A stretch of 64,000 nucleotides of DNA from Eledone cirrhosa (lineage: Eukaryota), in assembly GCA_964016885.1 (NCBI GenBank), contig OZ024749.1:27900001-27964000 (forward strand), written 5' to 3'. The position numbers were made by a program, and so were the translations under genes. The notes beneath the pieces were generated by a model, which had not been told where the DNA came from, did no database searches, and saw only the letters and a list, made by a program, of their open reading frames with translations. Every line of letters begins with the position of its first letter. Positions within the stretch are counted from its first letter, which is position 1. This document shows, in pieces, positions 54,681 through 64,000 of this stretch.

Positions 54681-54758
54681 AGAAATATTAGAAAGTGAGG
54701 TTTTTTTTACAAAATGAAAAATAACCGAGGTGTCCTACACGAGTGAAAGTATAAAGAA

Positions 54759-54953
54759 AAAAAGATGAAATCGAAAATGCAACTGGAGTCTTATTTAAAA
54801 AAAAATACATATATTTATTTGGTTCCTTTACCGGTTTCGCAGTTCTTCTGCTTTTCAAAAGTAGAGTTGAGATGGAGGGTCTGTGGTAAAGGAACCAAAT
54901 AAATATATGTATTTTTTTAAAAATAAGACTCCAGTTGCATTTTCGATTTCATC

Positions 54954-54958
<5 letters not shown>
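54759..54958. mobile_element. Fold-back element with a U3-A8 variant hammerhead
   Basis: ~75-bp arms; ribozyme on the minus strand; ends in (TA)n. Confidence 0.78.
54826..54861 (-). ncRNA. Minimal hammerhead ribozyme, TTGAAAA core variant
   Basis: CTT|TTGAAAA-GCAG-AAGAA-CTGC-GAAA-CCGG-TA|AAG followed by AATAAA. Confidence 0.78.
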
Positions 54959-55013
<55 letters not shown>

Positions 55014-55320
55014 GTTTTGACTAAATGCCATAGTAAGAGACTATATGACAAACAAATAGATGCCATGTATATCCTGGTGTATTTCCATAGATAGACAATA
55101 GACATGTAAGACAATAGACATGTATCCCTGTGCATTGTAAGAGGTAACTAAAAGGATTGGCATCAGGAAGCGCATCTGGCTGTAAGGCATTGCCTCAAAA
55201 CATACCACCCAATACATGCCAGCATGGAAAGGTGGATGTAAAAACAATGATGATAATGATAACATGTTGTCTGTGTGTGTTGTCTGAATATATACATATA
55301 AATATATTGTGTATGCATAC

Positions 55321-55351
<31 letters not shown>

Positions 55352-55361
<10 letters not shown>

Positions 55362-55520
55362 TACAAATATTAATAAAATAGATGTTCTTGTGATCAATTA
55401 AATTTTTTTATACATATTTCAGAGGTACAACAGTACGTCCTCATCAGAACATCTATTTTATTAATATTTGTATTTTAATATTAATAACTCTGGAAAATAT
55501 TTTTCAGTAGAGTGCTTCCA
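55352..55520. mobile_element. Fold-back element with an HHR in the loop
   Basis: ~36-bp AT-rich arms; minus-strand CTGATGA-GGACGTAC-TGTT-GTACCTCT-GAAA-TATGTA-TA; plus-strand ACTCT..GTAGAGTGCT at 55487-55516. Confidence 0.7.
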
Positions 55521-55709
55521 ATCTACTGTAAAACTCATTCTTTGATGTACTCATTGAATCTTGTTTAACTCTTTAATATATATATATATAATGTGTGTGT
55601 GTGTATTCTTCTCTGGTTCACTATATCTCTTTCATACACAGATAAAACACCAATACAAGAAACTATTCCCAATCTGAAGAGTCTGTTTACAGACTGTCTA
55701 ACACCATGG

Positions 55710-56735
55710 CGCCACCACAACATCACCAGCACTACCACAACTACACACCACCATCACCAAGACACCACCACATCATTACTCTACCACCAGCACCACTACC
55801 ACAATATCACCACCAAGACACCAACACATCAGTACTTCACCACCACCACAATATCACACCACCACCACCACCACCACAATACCACACCACCACCACCACC
55901 ACAATACCACACCACCACCACAATATCACCACCACCACTACAATATCACCACCACTACCACAATATCACCACCACTACCACAATATCACCACCAAGACAC
56001 CAACACATCATTACTTCACCACCACCACAATATCACCACCACTACCACAATATCACCACCAAGACACCATTACTTCACCACCACCACAATATCACCACCA
56101 AGACACCAACACATCAGTACTTCACCACCACCACAATATCACCACCACTACCACAATATCACCACCAAGACACCATTACTTCACCACCACCACAATATCA
56201 CCACCAAGACACCAACACATCAGTACTTCACCACCACCACAATATCACCACCACTACCACAATATCACCACCAAGACACCATTACTTCACCACCACCACA
56301 ATATCACCACCAAGACACCAACACATCAGTACTTCACCACCACCACTACCACAATATCACCACCAAGACACCAACACATCATTACTTCACCACCACCACC
56401 ACAATACCACACCACTACCACAATATCACCACCACCACCACTACCACAACATCACCACCAAGACACCAACACATCAGTACTTCACCACCACCACAATATC
56501 ACCACCACCACCACAATATCACCACCACCACCACAATATCACCACCACCACCACAATATCACCACCACTACCACAATATCACCACCACTACCACAATATC
56601 ACCACCACTACCACAATATCACCACCAAGACACCAACACATGAGTACTTCACCACTACCACAATATCACCACCACTACCACAATACCACCACTACCACAA
56701 TACCACCACTACCACAATACCACCACTAAGACACC
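55710..56735. repeat. Compound (CAC)n-based minisatellite
   Basis: ACAATATCACCACCACTACC and AAGACACCAACACATCAGTACTTC units. Confidence 0.93.
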
Positions 56736-57345
56736 AGTTGGATGTTTTACAATAAAAAGACAATTTAGTTAATAGTTTATTGATCACCTGGCTGTCAATA
56801 CATTACATATATATTTATATATATAGAGAGACACACACACACACACACACATATATGTGTGTGTGTGTGTGTGTCTGACTTTCAATGTATGTGTATGTAT
56901 GTGGGTGTGTGTTTGTGATTGTGTATATGCACATATATATATATGTATGTGTGTATATGTGTTTGTATGCACGTATGTGTGTATCTCACTCTTTCTCTCT
57001 CTCTCTCTCTATGTATATATATAGAGAGATACACACACATATGTACATACAAACACATATACATATACACACACACACATATATATACATAAACACAGAT
57101 ATACAATCACAAACACATACAGAATCCCACATACATTGAGAGAAACTCACAGACACACACACACACATATATATATATTATATATATATATATATGCACA
57201 CACAAATATAGCAATGGTAAATACAATATATTATATTATATTTACCATAGAAGCAGTGACAACAATAGTGATAACAAATTGGTATTGATAGTTACCATTT
57301 ATAGCAGAAATATGGTAGAGGAACAATGGAGAGGGGGGGGGGGGG

Positions 57346-57397
<52 letters not shown>

Positions 57398-57577
57398 GTA
57401 GGGGTTAAATGTTTAGAAAACTATTGATAGAAGACAACAGATACAGAAACAATCAGATTTTATATCTAATTCTTAAAGTCAATGTTCAGATTGTAATATA
57501 TAAATCTGTCTCCTCTCTCTCTATTATATAATATATATATATATATATATTTATATTTGTGTATCTATTTATTTACA

Positions 57578-57639
<62 letters not shown>

Positions 57640-57697
57640 AACACATCTATGTCTATTTATCTATATGTATGTCTGTCTATATATCTATCTATCTATA

Positions 57698-57734
<37 letters not shown>

Positions 57735-58193
57735 GTAGAAGGGGGGGGGGGAGATAGATATATATATGATTAATGGAGCTTGAGCAATTTTTTAAAAACT
57801 ATTCTGTTTTGTATTGTTTTTTGCCACCCCATCCCCACCATATATTTCTTTAAATATCTGAACTTTTCATCTTTGCTATTTATGCAATATTATACACCAC
57901 CACCACACTACACACACAAAGGTAAGCACACATATACACATATACTTATATATATATATATCATCATCATTTAACGTCTGCTCTCCCTGCTAGCAAGGGT
58001 TCGACGGGTCTACATAGACCAAATCAGTACTGAAACAGGGCCACTGACGCCCCCAGACAGGCTGGGGAGGGGGTCTGTATCCCATTTACATACAGTTATA
58101 TTGAGTGCAGAGGAGAAGTTATGTCTTTTGACACAACTAAAGGGCCCTCCAAACCCTTTGTTTAGCAAGTTTTCTATGGCTGGATGCCCTTCC

Positions 58194-58233
<40 letters not shown>

Positions 58234-58239
<6 letters not shown>

Positions 58240-58555
58240 ATTAAATAAATGGAAACTATATTTATAAAACCATATTTATTTCATTATATATATTTCGGGG
58301 ATATCATATTAACAATATGCTATGCCAAATCTATTTATCTATAAAACTATTTATATTGTATTTTGTCTGAGGAAGGCATAGCATATTGTTAATATGATAT
58401 CCCCGAAATATATATAATGAAATAAATATGGTTTTATAAATATAGTTTCCATTTATTTAATATTGTAAATATACTCCAAATATTTGTCGAGTGCTTTTAT
58501 ATCAGTTATAAATATTTACTAGTTGTAACCCAACAATTTTAAATATAACTTTCCA
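58234..58555 (+). mobile_element. Fold-back element with apparently perfect ~93-bp arms, an HHR and the ACTC..GAGTGCT tail
   Basis: Arms 58234-58326 / 58375-58467; CTGAGGA at 58367-58373, GAAA at 58405-58408; (TA)n on both sides. Confidence 0.82.
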
Positions 58556-58953
58556 TATATATATATATATATGTGTGTGTGTATATATGTATAAGATAAG
58601 ATATCGTTTAAGGTAATCGAGTGTCCTGACTTCTAACGATCAGTGACCTTTAGACACACTGGACTAATGAAACAATTGTTAATACTTTAAATAAACCCCA
58701 TTGTACAGCTGACCATGTTACTCTTCATTCTTTTACTATATATATCTATATATCTATATTCGTTTGTTTTGTGGTTCACCACTGGATAGAACTGGTCATT
58801 CCATTTAGTTAACCATGATGTAATAGCAGGAAAAGCACTCTACATTATGCAAGTCATCCATCGTTGATGTTGAATTCCATGGTTGGTGTAGGAACAGAGT
58901 TAAATATTAATTAGAAAAACTTTAAAAGGCTATCCCTTGTCTGGCCTCCTGTT

Positions 58954-59003
<50 letters not shown>

Positions 59004-59554
59004 CTAGAAATTGATTAACATATATATAAACATGAATAATCATAATTTAATTTACCTTAATTTTGGATATATATATATATATATATATATGAAAAAAATA
59101 TTGTTTTTTACAAAAACAATATAAAAACTGGAAAAAGGAAGGTGGAGAAGTAAAAACCTAAAAAAACTAATTTATTATAATAAACAGTACAAAAGGCTAG
59201 TGGTTTGACGCTAAACCTCTATAGTTGGATAACATATATCTTTTAAGCGTCTCTGCTTATGACATTATTGCGTCTTTTTAAATGTAAATAAATGCTCTGA
59301 CTGTGTATTGTCGGTCTGTTTGATGAGACAATATTATGAGGTATTTCCTTATAAATGATTGATTTTGATAAGTCCCAATAAAGGAAAACAATACTCAATC
59401 TAGTACAAGAGAACTTGTACTAGATAGAGTATTGTTTTCCTTTGCCTTTTATCTACGGATATCCTGCATATATATATATATGGTTCCACATGCAGATTTT
59501 TGTAGCAAAGTCTGTCATACAACAATAAAACAAACAGGCATACAGTAGCCTAAA

Positions 59555-59730
59555 TAATTGTTTCCTACTTTTGGCCCAAGTCCAGCAATTATCCCAGTGC
59601 ATTACTGGTGCTTTTTTTTTTTTATCGACCATATAAGGATGAAAGGCCAAGTTAACCTAGGCGGGATTTGAACTTAGGCCGTAAAGGGCCGTAACTCTAT
59701 GTTGCAAAGCATAGCATCTGACCCTCTACA
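59555..59730 (-). mobile_element. Meta-domain tRNA SINE
   Basis: Reverse complement is similar to 53200-53385. Confidence 0.78.
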
Positions 59731-59743
59731 GCAATCTTCAGAC

Positions 59744-59956
59744 TTGACCCTTTAGCATTCACGTTACTCTATATATACTATTATATTTTCATGGTAAAGG
59801 CTTTATCTCACATAATATCGAATCTATGAGATTTTGATATTTATTTTAAGAACAATACCTTAACATTGGTGTGATCAGCCAGTTATAGCCAGTTTGAACA
59901 GAAAGAAGTGAGAGAATTCTGGCCGGATATGGCCGGTTTAAATGCTAAAGGATTAA
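59744..59956 (-). mobile_element. piggyBac-type MITE
   Basis: CCCTTTAGCATT ... AATGCTAAAGGA TTAA. Confidence 0.82.
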
Positions 59957-59990
59957 GGATAAAATTCTCCGGGTGTACATATACATAAAT

Positions 59991-60034
<44 letters not shown>

Positions 60035-60069
60035 GTCCAAGCAGGGAAAAGCGGACGTAAAATGATGAT

Positions 60070-60391
60070 GATCATCATCATCATTTCATTTTACGTCCGC
60101 TTTTTCCCTGCTTGCAAGGGTGGGACGGAAACTGATTCTGCCCTTCCTAACACCAACCTCATTTACAGTGAGTGCTGGGTGCTTTTTTGCCGTGGCACCT
60201 CCACGACCACTTTGCAGTGGAATGATAGGGACCCCAGTCCCTATCATCTCATTTCTACAGCTGAGTAAACTGGAGCAATGTGAAATAAAGTGTCTTGCTC
60301 AAGGAAACAACACATCACCCGGTCTGAGAATTGAACTCACAACCTTTCGATTGCAAGGCCAATGCTCTAACCACTAAGCCATGTACCTCCA
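60070..60391 (-). mobile_element. tRNA-head composite SINE with a small internal deletion
   Basis: Matches 3845-4181. Confidence 0.9.
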
Positions 60392-60420
60392 TGATATATC
60401 TATATATACATATATATTCA

Positions 60421-60586
60421 TTATTATTAAAGCTAAAAATGAGTGTTGTTACTCTTGAGATTCACCTGATAAACAGGTGAAACTCCAGAATAACAAAAGC
60501 CACTTTTTAGCTTGAATAATAATTGTTTCTACTTCAAACTCTACTTTGGTATTGAGTATTCCTTTTTCTCTGTTGTCAACTACATG

Positions 60587-60590
<4 letters not shown>
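60421..60590 (+). mobile_element. Diverged fold-back element with HHR remnant and ACTC..GAGTATT tail
   Basis: IR 60421-60522 centred on TTCACCTG-ATAAA-CAGGTGAA; tail ACTCTACTTTGGTATTGAGTATT at 60538-60560. Confidence 0.65.
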
Positions 60591-60643
<53 letters not shown>

Positions 60644-60849
60644 TGGGCGATATATATATATATTTTCGAGGTCAAGTGGAAGTGGAAGGAATCACTTGAC
60701 TGGTGGATAAGGATCAGAGTTAGTTCTCTACAACAGGAGCTCTGATATACAGGAGTGTATCTGATCTGGTGCTACACTGGCTGAGAAGGAAGAGAAGTCA
60801 ACAACTCAGGGAATACTTGGTGTATGATCAGATGCAGAGAGGGTGTGTG

Positions 60850-60891
<42 letters not shown>

Positions 60892-61301
60892 TATATATAC
60901 ATACATATATATACATATATATATAAACGGAAAAAATGAAACAAAATTTCATTTCCCACTCTTAGTACGGCTGTTACTTAAATATAAGTATGTATACGTA
61001 CATACATATATGTATACAGACGTACAGTAGTATGTATATATATATATATATGTATGTATGGATTCACCGAACATTTATTATAATGCTCGGTGTGTTTGTA
61101 AACAAACATCCCGAATTAAGCCATCGTTGCTCATTTGTTCAACACTGACAAAGGAACGCTGTACTAGTTTCAAGCTTATTAGCTATCGTCAGCAACGTAT
61201 ATCTTCCTGCCAGATGGTTGAACGTCTGAAAGTATATACTTTCCTTATGCATATTAACGGCTGAGCAGCCTAATTTGCATATATATATATACATATATAT
61301 A

Positions 61302-61557
61302 CTTTGGGAGGGTCATGTTGCCAATAAGAAACACACGCACCAGTTGCTTTCACTTCAATTTATAATAAATTAAATTTATAATAAATTAAATTTATATTAT
61401 AAATTTAAGAATTTATAAATTTCCAGTTGGTTGGTTGCGCAACCAGATGATTGTTCATATATTGTCAAAGTTCTTTCGTCACACATTCTGTGACCTCTTC
61501 AGTGACTGGGGATTCTTTTCTTTGTTTTTGTGCCTCCTTTGTTCTGTCCTACGCCAT
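61302..61557 (-). mobile_element. Single-arm copy of the 27.2-kb element, with HHR at 61464-61506
   Basis: Collinear with the reverse complement of 27456-27708; between TA-rich tracts. Confidence 0.82.
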
Positions 61558-62092
61558 CAGAAACGAAATATATATATATACACATTCATTTATATATACA
61601 TACATATATATATATACATACATATATATATATACATACATATATATATATACATACATATATATATATATACATATATATATACATACATATATATATA
61701 CATACATATATATATATACATCCATATATATATATACATCCATATATATATACATACATTTATATACATACATATACCTACATATATATACCTACATATA
61801 TATACCTACATATATATACATACATATACCTACATACATATACCTACATATATATACCTACATATATATACCTACATATATATACCTACATATATATACC
61901 TACATATATATACCTACATATGTATACCTACATATATATATATACATACATACATACATATATATATACATGCATAAATATACATACATATATATATATA
62001 CATACATCTGAGCTCTGGCCGTTTCGATAGCTAGATCTGAACTGGTCTACCACATCCTATCACATATATATATATATCCTATCTGATATATG

Positions 62093-62147
<55 letters not shown>

Positions 62148-62196
62148 GGTTACCCCCAATTGAACCCGGGATAAACTTATATATACTGTATATATA

Positions 62197-62250
<54 letters not shown>

Positions 62251-62474
62251 TAAAGGGGTAGACACCCAACAGTGAACCCAGCTGTTTATTGCTAATTCGG
62301 CCTCCTTCTATATCACTAAATATATTTTTCAAAGAAACAATTTTTATTTATTTCACCACAGGTTATTTCCTCTACTTTCCACTATTTATATGATATATTC
62401 TTACAAACTAAACATAATTGATTCTTACCTGTAACCATGTTTTCCTTCTCTTACAGACGTTTTTATTTAATACT

Positions 62475-62900
62475 ATCTACCAGTCAAAACTCCTGGCAGA
62501 AAAATATGAGCTGATCATCAGATCAGACCAAGAAAGCAATGTTCTCATAGGTCTTTCCATTGTTGATACTATCTGTCAGTCAAAACTCCTGGCAGAAGAA
62601 AGGAGCTGATCGTCAGATCAGACCAAGGAAGCAATGTTTTCCATGGCTTTGCCATTGCTGATACTATCTGTCAGTCACAACTCCTTGCAGAAGAAAGGAG
62701 CTGATCGTCAGATCAGACCAAGGAAGCAATGTTTTCCATGGCTTTGCCATTGCTGATACTATCTACTGGTTGCAGCTTCTGGCAGGAGCAGCAACATGAA
62801 ATAAAGTGTCTTGCTCAAGAATAAACACACTGTCAGGTCCTGGAATCAAACACACAACTTTACTTTCATGAGTTCAACACCCTAACCACTAGGCCACGTG
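62475..62900. repeat. ~100-bp tandem repeat followed by a minus-strand tRNA-SINE head; related to the reverse complement of 46500-46720
   Basis: GATACTATCT..CAGTCA(A/C)AACTCCT..GAGCTGATC..AGATCAGACCAAG three times. Confidence 0.7.
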
Positions 62901-63382
62901 CTTTCAATTACCCAATTAAATAAAATTAAAATTCTTAAAGTTTGCTTCCTTTCTGGACCCTCTTTGGGGTCTTGGGATACCCAACTCTCCCGATGGGAGC
63001 AGCCTTCAACAACTTTAATTGCTAGACAGATTATATGGGTTGATTACAGCAATGATGATGATGACACAGGAGAATGCTGCAGGTGAAACATACATTATAT
63101 TAGAGCATGAATAGATCAGTCCAGGTAAAAATAATCAAAGAATTCTTTTTAAATTCCAATATTCCAGAGAAAATATGAAGTAAAGATCCACCATCAGAGA
63201 GAAGCATTAAAAACAGAATTGGTTAAAATACAGAAATACAGAATTTCATAAAGTTGAATAAACAAAGAGACCATCTTTAAAACAATATATATATAGATCA
63301 TTATAATCATCATCATCATCATTTAACGTCCATCTTCCATGCTAGCATGGGTTTGGACGGTAATATATATATATATATATAT

Positions 63383-63462
63383 ATGACTACAGGACTAGAA
63401 CTGATTCATTCATAAGAAATCATCTTATGAATGAAAGAGTTCTAGTCCTGTAGAAGTCATTT
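63383..63462. mobile_element. Shortened fold-back of the GAAACAGTTCTAGTCCTGTAG family
   Basis: CTACAGGACTAGAACT..TCATTCATAAGA / TCTTATGAATGAA..AGTTCTAGTCCTGTAG next to (TA)n. Confidence 0.72.
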
Positions 63463-64000
63463 CTACAAAATAATGTGTGTGCGTGTGTGTGTGTGTGTAA
63501 ATAAATAGAAAGATAAATATATTTAGAGTTTATTTGCTTTTCATGTTAAAATCTACCACAATTCATAAATCAATTGAAAAATAGCCAAATAAGTCAGGTA
63601 AATTAACAATGGCGATGGGAAAAGGTGGAGGGAAAGAGAGATGCCTGATTTATTCAACTATTTTACAGTTAACATATATATTGGGGCCAATTTTTACATT
63701 AAAAGCCAATAGATTTCAAAATTTCAAGCTTACCTAATTTCTTTGTAAAATACACACACACACAATGAGAAATTTAGATCGATACAATGCTAAAGCCATA
63801 AAAGCCATTCCAATCATTTCAACCTTGCCTCATATAGAACTGCTCATTGATAACACGTGTTACGGAGCAAATCAATACGATACATTCATAAGAATAGAAC
63901 AAATTAGGCTGACATATATATATATATATAATATAAAATCAAAAGATGGTTAAAAGAGTTCCATGTATTTTATTATGCGCATTTCAAAAACAAATATCAT

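Noticed and set aside
1566-62265. Numerous YIYIYI, HTHT, ERER, poly-V and poly-T ORFs
   Set aside because: They are translations of (TA)n, (CA)n, (GA)n and (GGT)n microsatellites.
1-64000. Autonomous Penelope RT/GIY-YIG or transposase gene
   Set aside because: No such ORF is visible in the window; the partner enzyme for the hairpin elements is inferred, not observed.

Overview
AT-rich eukaryotic (animal) genomic DNA dominated by repeats. The SINE/RTE-LINE complement and microsatellite density suggest a cephalopod, probably an octopus (inference, not database-checked). Almost all ORFs in the track are artefacts of micro- and minisatellites. Recognisable content: four decayed RTE-clade LINE fragments, two tRNA-derived SINE families, a TTAA-targeting piggyBac-type MITE family, many minisatellites (including a 6.8-kb array) and a possible small secreted-peptide gene at 22.4-25.2 kb. 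The most notable signal is a set of about 12 short (100-500 bp) fold-back elements of mutually unrelated sequence, most lying in or next to (TA)n tracts. Most carry minimal hammerhead-ribozyme (HHR) cores of the kind known from Penelope-like elements (PLEs). Many also share a one-sided tail with a conserved ACTC...GAGTRYT stem. Together they look like a diverse family of non-autonomous, ribozyme-bearing, microsatellite-targeting hairpin retroelements. All structures were read by eye; coordinates may be off by a few bases.
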